Assembly: GCA_951406725.2 (NCBI GenBank)
Contig: OX597823.1
Coordinates: 42,036,001-42,100,000, forward strand
Length of the DNA: 64,000 nucleotides
Reading direction: 5' to 3'
DNA from: Octopus vulgaris
Taxonomy: Eukaryota
Made by a program: the position numbers and the translations under genes. The notes under the pieces are model-generated. The model did not search any database and was not told the origin of the DNA. It saw only the letters and a list, made by a program, of their open reading frames with translations. Shown here one piece after another: positions 52,423-64,000 of this stretch. How positions within the stretch are numbered: position 1 is the first letter of the stretch; every line of letters starts with the position of its first letter.

Positions 52423-52935
52423 GAGTGAGAAGGGAGTATACCTATCATGACTACCTGTCTCATAAGGGCACACCAGGCACATGCATCACAAGTACATGTG
52501 CATGACATGGTGATCTCATATCAAGATAAACAGTAAAATGGCCTTGTAAGTGGGGCCCAGTTAGAATTTTCTTCAGGTTGAGTTGGCCATCCTACTCAAA
52601 AGATCCCTCAATGAGGGTTGTTTAAGGATGTTGAATGAAACACCCATGCTTCTGAAGGTGAATTATCCAAACCCCAAAGAAATCCTCTCAACACATGGCT
52701 ATGATGCTCCCCCACTACTTCTGCTCTTGATCAGAGATGCACATATCATCAGACACTAAGTGACATGCTCAACTGGTTAAGGTCAAACAACTGACAAGCA
52801 GCTCTGTAGTATTAAGCAGAATATTTACTGTAGTCCATCTTTTATACCAAGACAAAATAGTGTACATGATAACACTTCCAATCAGTTAAGATCAGAAGCC
52901 ATGAGAACCACTGTCTGGTACTGCATCAGAGCATT
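51690..52935. mobile_element. Two diverged copies (about 51690-52200 and 52420-52935) of a ~500-bp interspersed repeat separated by a Nin SINE
   Basis: Shared GATCAGAGATGCACATATC, CTCAACTGGTTAA and CCAATCAGTTAAGATCAGAA; family not identified. Confidence 0.75.
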
Positions 52936-52991
52936 ATTGTTGTTGTTGTTGTTATTATTATTATCATTATTATCATTATTATTATTATTAC

Positions 52992-53022
<31 letters not shown>

Positions 53023-54463
53023 GTTGTTATTATTATTATTACTTAGCTCTCTCACTACTCACCCCTCCAGCAAAATATTTCAATGTGATGCAGACTCTTC
53101 ACAAGCCCAGACAACTGATGCATCAGAATTAGCAAACTTTCTTGTTTGCTTGTCTTTATGCTGCATAATGCAACTTATTTAATAAAATATTCAATTAAAA
53201 TAATATCCCTTCTGCATCTAGAAATAAAATGATATGCATCAATACTGACAAGAAATGATAATATATTTTGGTGAGCAATGCCATTGCAAAGAGACTGATT
53301 TTTAACTGGAATGTAAGAACTCCTAAAATTTATAGGCCTAAAAACGTCTTCCTGTCATTTCCCATTAAAATATCACTATTTATTTTACCATTGTTAAGTC
53401 ATTTTCTTTTCGGTTTATTGTCTTTTGTTATGTTCATTCCCAGTTCTTTTGAACTTTTCTGAAATCCTCTTATTATATAAAGCATATAACTTAATAACTG
53501 CTTGGCTAGGAATCTATCTATTCAATGTTTTGTAAAATCTGACATTATATTAATTTATGTATAAAATATTTCCATGACTAGTGAGAAAGAAATTAATAAA
53601 TGCAAAAATTAAAAAGGAAATATATATATATAAGAATAAGGTTTTTTTTTTTTATTTATAACATGTGCTCATTTATCAACTTATCTAGCGTGTGATAAAT
53701 ACCTGGATTTTCACACATATTACATATATTTATGCACATAATTATACTCGTTTACACACACCTCTGTGTGATTGTGTGTAGTTATATAGATATGCATGGT
53801 TGTGTATGTATACACACATATATGCACATTCATGCAAACACACACACATGTATACATGCACACATGTATACACACACATGTATACACACACACATATACA
53901 CACACACACAAAGAGAGAAATACAATGACTCATATACATACATATGTGTGTGTGTAAATATATATTTATACATGAATATATATACCATTAAAATGCATAT
54001 TGTATATATGGAAACATATATCCATACAAAGATGTCTATATATCTGCATTTATATATACATACACTCCAACACATCCCCAAATTTCATTTTAAATAATTA
54101 CATTTCATATCTCAGCTTCTCCTTTATAGTAGATATATTGAAACTGTCTTTACTGATTTTTCTTAACACGAATTTTAAATTTCAAATATAACTTGTCTGT
54201 TGGCAAATATTTATTAAATATATTTATATTATTATATGAATGCATATATAAAAATGTATGCATTCAATGTTGTTGTCACCACTATTACCATCATTAGTTA
54301 ACATCCCCTTTTTAATGCTGGCATGGGTTAGATGGATTATTATGAACTGATGAACTGGAGGATTGCACTGAGTTCCAATGTCTATATTGGCATAGTTTCT
54401 ACAGCTGCTAACCATTTCACAGAAAGTATTGGATGCTTTTTTTCACGCACCAACACTGTTGAA

Positions 54464-56057
54464 TGGGGTGGAGTGAAAAAGGTACTTTTTACACAGATTT
54501 TGGAAATATGTTTTCAAGAATACATTTTTATTTGTAAAATCCTTTAAAAAAATTGTCTTATAATATGAAGTTCTTAAATTTACATCTTCTGGCTCTGCAG
54601 CCCACTTGAAATTTTGAATAATGAGTGAAAAATCAATTTATAACACGTTTGCTGTTCCTCATTTGATTTTTTTACATTCGTTGTTATAAATCAATTTTCT
54701 TTTGCGAAATCCTTTAAAAACAAGAGTGTTAAAATTTCAAGCTCTAGCATTTATACCTTCAGACTCCGCAATGCACTTAAAATTTCGAATTTATGTGAAA
54801 AGAAAAGTCTCTTTGACTTTGTTTTCTGTATCATTTTTAATACTAGGTCACCAAATATATGTGTTACATGAGGTCTAGATTACATTACATGATTACATAA
54901 ATTAAACAAATTGTCAAGATTGTTGCAGAAAAGATAATTCTTCTTTGGCAAAAGGCATCCATCCCTTGTGTTACAATTGAGTCAGTTAAACCAAAAATCT
55001 TAACTTGCCTTTGCTGACGTAGAAGGGCAACTGTGATCTGGCCGATTCTTTCTAAACAACCTCTGAACGCTCTGTTTAGATACTGCTTGATCTATTCCAC
55101 CAATGATCATTTTATGATTTGTCCGTTGATCTTCTAAAAATCTTGTTCTCTCTGTGGTACTTTTTGACTCTAGTACAACTGCAGTTTTTAAAGGAGTTGC
55201 ACTTGCAACAGGAAATGTCAAATATTTTGCTGCATTGTTTTTAAACACATTACACTTTGTTTGAACTAATGGCCCATTTTTTGTATTTTTCACAGATTTT
55301 AGTAAAGCTTGGTACTTTAGATAAAAGTTTAATATATTTGGTTTAACTGACTCAGTTGTAACACAAAGAATGGGTTCCTTTTGCCAAAGAAGAATTTTCC
55401 TTTTTGTTACAATCTTGAGAATTTGTGTATTTGAAGGATCTTTCTCAACTACAATCTTTTTTTCTTGTTCAAATAAAACACATTTTAGTATGTCCTTGTA
55501 AGTTGGCAAAACTCGCTCACTAAGATCACTTGGAGTACCAAATATTGGGCATTCATTATCATGACACATTATTGGCTTATAAGTCATCACTAAATGTAAA
55601 CAACACTAAATTTAACATGATCGTTAATTTTAATACAATAGCATAAAGTCAAGGTACAAAGCAGAAAACTTCACACATGTATGAAGTATGTCTATACACA
55701 ATGACTGTTGCAGTGACTCTGGAGAGAAGTTCACACTCCCGTTCTCTTTATGGTCAATGCAGACCCTCAAGATATTAATAAGTTTGTATTGAAACTTGGT
55801 ATACAACCTCTTAAGGATACTATGTTTACCGTTTTGCATTCTGCTTTGTAGGAGTATGTATTCGTTGCAACTTATAATCTATGAAATCCAAAATTCAACA
55901 AAAAATAGAGAATTAAAAAATGTTTGATTGCCTTGAGGAGCCTGAAAAAATATTTAACCGCAAAGTTCTTTATACAGCTTTCTTTTAACCCTAATTCGCA
56001 ACAAAATATCAATTCTTGGTTAACAATTTTGAAAGCTGCATTTTTTGCTCCACCCTA
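54464..56057 (-). mobile_element. Non-autonomous hAT (hATm-like) DNA transposon, 1594 bp, keeping the transposase N-terminus (ORF 55000..55590)
   Basis: TIRs TGGGGTGGAGTGAAAAA / TAGGGTGGAGCAAAAAA; 8-bp TSD CTGTTGAA (54456-63) / CTGTTGAG (56058-65); CPIFG...VLPTYKDI...LWQK...FLEDQRTNHKMIIGGID resembles hATm N-termini. Confidence 0.85.
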
Positions 56058-57016
56058 CTGTTGAGGTCATTAAGTATTTGTGAAGTGAGGCCCCTCAACT
56101 GATCTGAGCATATAGTATTGAAGAATATGAAAGTACACACATTCACACACACATATTCAATGAGAGAAAAAGTGCTAGTAAATGTGTATAATAAACACTT
56201 GATGAATACTCAGACTAGTCCAGATTCTTAAAATCCAACATTGGTGTAGAAATAATTCATTGAACAAGACAAGTTGGCTTTAAGAAACAGATGGTTTGAA
56301 TATGTAATAAAGAGGCAAAAAGTGGAAACACACACACATATATATATATATGGTGTTTTGTCATTTATATCTTATATAAATGATGTTGCATAAATGTAAC
56401 TAAAAATATATTTGGTGAACATGGGAATTATTGCATCAATATGCACATCCATTTGTGTTTAATACACATTATTACAGCAACAAATCACTGAATTTTTTAA
56501 AACAGCTGTAAAGAACTTTCTAGGTTTATATTTTTTCTTCACAAAATATCTATTTATATTTATGTTCATGTTATCTTTTTTTATAAATTATATGTCATAT
56601 TTATACATGTTTGTCCATTTTATATCTCTTAGTGTGTGTGTGTGTATGTGTGTGTAGTTAGCATAAGCTTCAGCTGTTTCCTCTTAAAATATATCTGCTT
56701 ATTGCATTATTACAATCCAATATGTGTCTCAGTTACTGCTATATGTTAGTTCAAATTACATATTAAAATTGAGAATTATGGAAATATGTTTTTCAGAGTT
56801 ATTGTATAACGAAGCAGGAAATTGGAAATTTCTTAGTAGTATTTGTTCACCATTACACATGTTTCATTTGCTAATAGCTATTAAAAAGTTTTACATGTTA
56901 GATAGACGTGTAAAGCTTTGTAATTCCTATTAGCAAATGAAGCACGTGTAATGGTGAACAAATACTACCAAGAAATTTCCAGCTTTGCTCTCTCTCTCAT
57001 TCTCTCTCTCTTTCTC

Positions 57017-57051
<35 letters not shown>

Positions 57052-57788
57052 ATATATCAGTCCCACTGTGTGGCATCTTGGGCAAGTGTCTTCTACTATA
57101 GCCTCGGGCCGACCAAAGTCTTGTGCGTGGATTTGGTAATTGGAAACTGAAAGAAGCCCATCGTATATATGTATATATATATGTATGTGTGTGTATAGGT
57201 TTGTGTGTCTGTTTGTCCCCACAACATCACTTGACAACCAATGCTGATGTGTTTACATCCCTGTAACTTAGCGGTTTGGCAAAAGAGACCGATAGAATAA
57301 GTACTAGGCTTACAAAGAATAAGTCCTGGGATTGATTTGCTTGATTGACTAAAGGCGGTGCTCCAGCATGGCCACAGTCAAATAATGACTGAAACAAGTA
57401 AAAGAGTAAAGAGTAAAGAGAGATATATTGTATCAGCAAGTTTAAGAGTGACACTAAATTCTTCAGATAGCATAGAAGAGGACTTCTCCCCACCCCATTT
57501 TCTGTTACTAACAATTATTCAATGACCCATTGCTATGATTCAATGCCTCTTCCCCCATACACACACACTCTTTTAATGTACTTGTATGTAATATCAGGCT
57601 GGAATAATTTAGTTTTGGTTACTAATTTGGCATGAGTGACTTTTTGATCTGATCTTTAGCAAGTATCTTCCACCAAACTCAAGTACATATTTTTGCTTCA
57701 TGTTTACTCTCCATTCCCACCCCACACAGTAGCTACCAGTTGAAATATATTTTTTATATTCCGATTTAAGTTCTATTCTGTGTATGTT

Positions 57789-58394
57789 CATACATAATGA
57801 ATTCTCTGCCCATGTGGGTATATTATAAGATTAAGAGATGACACACTGGACTTGGTGGCAGACAATGAGTTAAGAAGTACTACAGATGCACATGCACAGA
57901 AGGAAGGGAAAATTTTATTGACAGAGGAGGATTAAATGACACAGTAATTGGCTTATGTAGATTATGAAATGAACAGATGACATACTGAGCAAAAATTAAC
58001 AACGTTCAAAAACGTACAGTTGCATATATTTGTACACACTAGTAAAGATGTTATCACACACTACAGGTGTAATGACTGTTTTATTGCTTCTATAGAAATA
58101 CTCACAAATTTTGACAATGTCTTTTAAATTATAGTTCTGTTATTGCTTATAATTCGCCTGAAGAGGAAGAATATATATTTAGTGACTAATTGTGAGCCAA
58201 CAGCTAGCCATTATATATTAAGAGATATAAGATGGACAAGCATGTGTATATGGCATTATGTCATTTATAAGAAAGATAACATGAACATAAACATAGATAT
58301 ATTTTCTATATGTCCACACATACATAATGAATTCTCTGCCCATGGTGGTATATTATGAGATTAACAGATGATACACTGGGCTTGGTGGCAGACA
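57789..58394. repeat. 76-bp direct repeat (57789-57864 and 58319-58394), 530 bp apart
   Basis: CATACATAATGAATTCTCTGCCCATG...CTTGGTGGCAGACA twice. Confidence 0.9.
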
Positions 58395-58976
58395 CTGATG
58401 AAATACAACAGTGATCAGAATAAATAATTAATGTTGTACAAAGCAGGTTTGAATACAATATATTATATTTATGCAAAGTCATATCTAACATGTTTGATTG
58501 TAAGCAGATGGGATAAGACCTATCACTGCAAGAATAGTCCCAGGAGAAAAACTCACATCGACTGGTGTAAATGTAATTGAAGGTATGGGTCATGACTTTA
58601 GACAGATATATTTTATTCAAAACTGCTTCATGCAACATGAATTAAATACACACACATATCATCGTCATCATCTAACAGCTGTCTTCTATGCTAGCATGAG
58701 ATGGACGGCTTAACAAAAGCCATCCAGGGGTTTGAGTTAAGCTCCAGTGTCTGCTTTGGCATGGTTCCAGCCATGCTGGATGCCTTTCCTAATGCCAACT
58801 AGTTTACAGAGAGTACTGTGTTCTTTATGGCTCTTTCATTAGTGAGGTCAACACTAATTGATTGAGTAGGATTGCAACTAAGATTGATATGAACATGAAA
58901 AGAAAGAAGACAACGGAAGAAGGACAAGTTTTTTTAACAAATATATTAGTTTAACATTTAAATGGGAAGGAAAGTG

Positions 58977-59012
58977 GCTTAACGTTTCAGATGCTAGACC
59001 TTCATCATAAGC
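58977..59012 (-). ncRNA. Minimal type I hammerhead-like motif with C3>A change (probably inactive)
   Basis: GCTT-ATGATGA-AGGT-CTAGC-ATCT-GAAAC-GTT-AAGC: stem I GCTT/AAGC, stem II AGGT/ATCT, palindromic AACGTT stem III. Confidence 0.6.
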
Positions 59013-59595
59013 AAGTTGTAGAAAAGAAATAAAGAATTAGATTGAATGAGAAAAAGTGGATGGAAAAAAGAAAAATTAAAACACACACACACACCACAGA
59101 CTCACAGTCAAACAGTCAAATGCAGAAATACATAACTGTGCAGATGCACATAAAGAATGTAAACACAACAGTATGTATATAAAACATCAAAATGCACAAT
59201 TAGAGAATTATTAGCAACATTTGTTGTACCTGGTTTCTCTTACTCAGAACAGTTAAATGAATTATTAAATGAATTCTTTAATAAAACTAATTTTTACGTC
59301 TTTATTTATTTATTTTTCTAAGTAATTATTTGCACTTAGTTAATTATTTCTAACATTTTATTAAGAATTTTATGGTAGAAAAAAAAAACACCAGAAAAGA
59401 TAGAAGCAGCATAAAATAAAACATGAACATAAAACAAAAAAAATATGACTTCAATCAAATAATAATTATAACAACAACAATAATAATAATAATGATAATG
59501 ATAATACTAATAATAATAATAATAGTAAATGTAAATTTTGCAGAAACAGTAGCAACAAAAAGAATTCAAACTATGAAAGTAAACAAATAAAACAG

Positions 59596-59650
<55 letters not shown>

Positions 59651-61831
59651 GTTATTTTTGTTGTTGTTGTTATATAATTATTTGTTGTAGTTGTAGTAGT
59701 AGTAGCAGCAGCAGCAGTAGCTGCTGCTGCCGTAGCAACTAACAAATTCAGTTGAAGCATTGGTTATAACAATAGCTTCTCAGAAACAACAGTAACATAA
59801 CAGCAATGGTAACAACAATAACAGTTACAATATAACACCAACAACACAAACAACAACAGCAACAACAACAACAACAACACCTAATAATAAATAAACATAG
59901 AAACAAACAAATAGTTGATTGAATCTTATTTAAATTTTAACAAAGACGTTAACAAGTTTAACCAATGCCATTTATGGAGTAATTGTTTATTAGTTGTAGA
60001 GAGCTGATTGAATTTCCTTACTCTAATTACATTTCTTAACGTTGCTCGCATGTATATGCTTGTGCATGTATGTGTGCGTGGATATGGATATATGTGGTTA
60101 ATGACTGACAAAGTTTTAGAATAATATATCTTTTTTTTTTTCAGTATAGTATTCAGTTTTCTTCTTGATCAGAAATTTGAACTGCATTTATATATGTGTG
60201 TGTGTAAGTGTGTCTGTATTTCTCAGATGCCATATTATCAGAAATAGTAACTATCAACTAAAATATTATTGCCTTTCATGTTTTTCTCTTACAACATTAT
60301 TCGCTCTTGTTTTGAGCAGTATTTTCTCTATCTGGAGCCATATTTCTATTCACAAATATATAACAAGCTCTGCTTTCTCTCCTGCTGTTTCTCTCTCTTC
60401 CGCTCTCTCTCTCTATTATTTCTCTCTCTCCCACCCCCTCTCTCTGCAAAAATGCATTTATTCAATATAGGGCTGAATTCTTGAACCTGTTACGTCACAA
60501 CTCACTGACTTTCAAACCATTTATCACCGAATTTTGATACCATTACTTCAGTGTAGCCACAGTCCACTGGCTGGTACCAGTGAAACAAATGCCCCTTCTC
60601 AGTATTTGTAATGCATTGTCGTGTAAGTAAATCATAAGAAAATCAATGGATATTTAATTGACAAGTGTCTAACTTCCATTCATAAATTCTAAAAGTTATG
60701 GAATGCCTCACACCTATCATCATCATTGTCACCACCATCGCCATCATTACCTTCATTATCATTTCCATCCCCCAACCCACTATCAATACCATCACCATCA
60801 TCATTATCCTTTTCCAAGCTGGCATGAGTTGTATGGTTTGAAAGGGTTCAACAAGATAGTAGGCCACATCCTATTCCAAAGTCTCAGTTTTAGCTTAAAT
60901 TCTAAGGTTAGATGCACAGTGTATTAGCTGGGTTTTTTGTTTGTTTTTGTTTATTTTTATTTTTCGTGGCACCAGGACTACAGAGATTGTTTTCTCTTTC
61001 ATAAAATTAAAAAGTCCTCTAAAACCTGGTATTGTCTCTGCTTGGTTTGTCAACCACTTTACAGTGTGTACTGAGTGCTTTGTTCCATGCCACTAGCAAG
61101 ATTGCCTTAGAAACCACAGAGTGACAAAGCTGCCATTACCAAAAGACAGAATATGAAAGAGGCTGTGATGTCTCTGGGTGAGGGATTGGGAGGAGTTACA
61201 GTATGATAGGAGAAATAAATTTTATGGGTTTATTTTTGTGAAAAGAAGGGGATGTAGAGATTAACAAAGAGCAGGGGGGATTAGGTGGTGATGGGGTGGC
61301 TAGGTAGCAGTGTGGGGAAGAGAGCAGGGGTAAGTCATGAGGGGAGAGGGATGAATATGAAGGAGGAGGTGGAGAGTGATATTTTCACAGTAACAGGTCC
61401 AATAAAGTGGACAGAAGATAGTGTGGTGACAGAGGACCTCAGGGAGAATGAATGAAGATCGTAAAAGTATAAACCTGTCCCTTAAATATTTCTCGAATTT
61501 CCTGTAGAAAGGGATCAGCCAATCTCATGGTTCTTATGAAAGTACATATTCCAAATGTATAGATCAATCATCTCCTCCTAAACAGTATAGTTTATTTCTC
61601 AGAAACTTCATAGATAAAGAAAGATCACAGCTGTATAAAGTATCCTCATAACTTCCTGTCTGTAATCCAAGGTTTATATTATCTAAATATGATCCTATCC
61701 CCCATTACAAAATCGTTGCTGCTTCTCTGTATTTATTTCACTCTATTTGTCTTACACTTAGAAATAAGCATTGCAAATCTAGACACATGCATTTCATATC
61801 TAGACAGATGTGTTACAGACTTAGACATCTA

Positions 61832-62670
61832 TAGGCACAGCTGAGAAGTAAAATGCTTGCTTCTGAATCACATGGTTCTGGGTTGAGCCTGACTGCATGG
61901 CACCTTGGGCAAATGTTTTCTACTATAGCCCTGGGCCAACCAAAGCCCTGTGAGTGGATTTGGTAAACAGAAACTGAAAGAAGCCTGTCATATATATATA
62001 TATAAATTTACTTCTAATATTGGATAAAATTTTTTCCAAAAATTTCATCAAGTGGCCAGCATATTAAAATAGTTTTCAGGTGAAAATTATAAATAATTAT
62101 AAATAAATATCACTAGTGATATATATTATATGTGGTGATTGACGACTTAAAATCTATTCCTCGGCATATTGGCATAGAAATTTTTCTTTTGGCCTTATTT
62201 ATAATTATATATATATATTGATAAAAACGGTAAGACAACATATATAAATCTTAGTTCTTTATTGCCCAGAAGGGGCTAAACACAGAGGGGACAAACAAGG
62301 ACAGACAAAGGGGTTAAGTCGATTATATCGACCCCATTGCATAACTGGTACTTAATTTATCGACCCCGAAAGGATGAAAGGCAAAGTTGGAATTGGAACT
62401 CAGAACGTAGCGGCAGACGAAATACCGCTAAGCATTTCGCCCAGTGTTCTAACATTTCTGCCAGCTCCTGTCTCTGTGTCCGTGTTTGTCCCCCACCATA
62501 GACTGACAACAGGTGTTGGTGCATTTATGTCCCTGTAACTTTGCAGTTTGGCAAAGGATACCAGTAGAATAAGTACCAGGTTAAAACTAAAATGTACTGG
62601 AATTGATTCCTTTGATGAAGGTGATGCTAAAGCATGGCTACAATCTAATGATTGAAGCAAAAGATAAAAG
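61832..62670 (+). mobile_element. CORE-like SINE split into head (61832-61990) and tail (62468-62670) by inserts, including a minus-strand Nin SINE (62255-62467)
   Basis: Head ends AAAGAAGCCTGTCATATATA and tail resumes GTCTCTGTGTCCGTGTTTGTCCCCC, the junction that is contiguous in intact copies. Confidence 0.8.
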
Positions 62671-63127
62671 ATGTGTGTAACATGTCTAGACATTTGTGTC
62701 ATATGTCGACAAACATGTGTTACATATCTTGTCATGTGTTAAATGTTTTTACCAATCTAGACATCTTGCATGCCAATATGAGAGAGTATGGTGCTTATTT
62801 TCCCTTTCAAAAGTATTAATATTCTATGTGAGATAGAAAATTATGAATAAGGAACTCTAACTGTTAGATTTGATACATCAAGGCTTTCATTCTTGTATGC
62901 AGAACTTTCCACATTCAAAGAAAATATTAACACTTTTCTGCTCTGATTATCAAGATATTGTTTTTTTAAAAATATGATATTAATAATACAATGTATTTTA
63001 AAGTACTATTAAACTGAAGGAGTTAAAACTGCAAAATAAAGCCTAGGAAATAAAACAATACAGGTATATCAGTATTACTTGTTACCATTTTTATCAGGAA
63101 AGAATTGTTTTAGCATCAAAAGATGGT

Positions 63128-63208
63128 AGTCATTTCTGAAGAGCATGTGGTGTTATCTAATATCTGGTTATCTAATACTCAGTGTGAAACTGATTAGTAA
63201 GATTGGCT
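63128..63208 (+). ncRNA. Type I hammerhead ribozyme candidate with intact core
   Basis: AGTCATTT-CTGAAGA-GCAT...GTGT-GAAAC-TGATTA-GTA-AGATTGGCT; three stems can be paired by hand. Confidence 0.5.
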
Positions 63209-63256
63209 GAAATGGATCTATGGCATTGTATATTTTGATTCAATTACGTGTGTGTG

Positions 63257-63289
<33 letters not shown>

Positions 63290-63348
63290 TTAGGGAGAGA
63301 GAAAGATAGTGAGATGATACAATTTCCTTATATATGTGACGATGTGTT

Positions 63349-63392
<44 letters not shown>

Positions 63393-64000
63393 AAAGGAGG
63401 AAAATGGAAATCTTTTGGCATTAGTTTTCTCCACTACACATGGAATTTGCCCTATATATATATAAAATATGACCCCAGAGGATGAGAAAGGAATATATGG
63501 AGAAACAGGAAAAGCACATGAAACTGAACAATAGACACAGACTTGCTCAACCCCTCATCAGTTATTGATGAAATATTACCACAATTTCAGAACCTATGTT
63601 AATATAGTTCAGTTTGGTGGTGACAGCAACATAAGCTGTTGGGGAATACATGAGCAGACATAAAGGATGAACATGGGCAGAAAAAAAAATTATATTATTC
63701 ATAACAAAAGAAATAAATAAGCAAGCACAGTAACAGAGTGAAAAAATAAACGACAGGAAGATATTCATATACAACAAATATCTTGCGTCTATGTGACAAT
63801 AGTATGATATACTTGCACAAAGTAACACATATTGGGAAGGCAATATACATACATATAAGCATGCATGCATACATGCATACATACATACATACATACATAC
63901 ATACATACATACATACATACATACATACATACATACATACATACATACATGGTTTTGATATATATGTGATAGTTTAAAAGGTTTTACTGTGACTGAACCC

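Noticed and set aside
62670-62730. Imperfect palindrome next to a SINE tail
   Set aside because: Short and built from RY-alternating low-complexity sequence, which is self-complementary by chance

Overview
AT-rich, microsatellite-dense eukaryotic DNA, not prokaryotic. The repeat families (tRNA-derived CORE-like, Nin/Deu-domain and V-like SINEs, an RTE LINE with a (GAT)n tail) point to a coleoid cephalopod, most likely Octopus; this is an inference from recalled family sequences. The only host coding sequence I can support is two + strand 174-bp phase 1-1 exons (14407-14580, 27103-27276). Each encodes one complete Sushi/CCP domain and they splice in frame, so most of the window is probably intron of a large multi-Sushi extracellular protein gene. 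The rest is transposon debris: a young 5'-truncated RTE LINE with a PHD-like zinc finger, R4/Dong, CR1 and Penelope-like fragments, internally deleted maT (DD37D), mariner and hATm-like DNA transposons, many SINEs and simple repeats. Structure not explained by these features includes several long fold-back inverted repeats, a 110-nt near-perfect hairpin, four hammerhead-ribozyme-like motifs and a 192/193-identical local duplication. Nearly all other ORFs in the track are microsatellite or SINE artefacts. I see no convincing wholly new biological system; the best leads are the hammerhead motifs and the intronic dsRNA-forming structures. Repeat boundaries were read by eye and are approximate unless termini are quoted.
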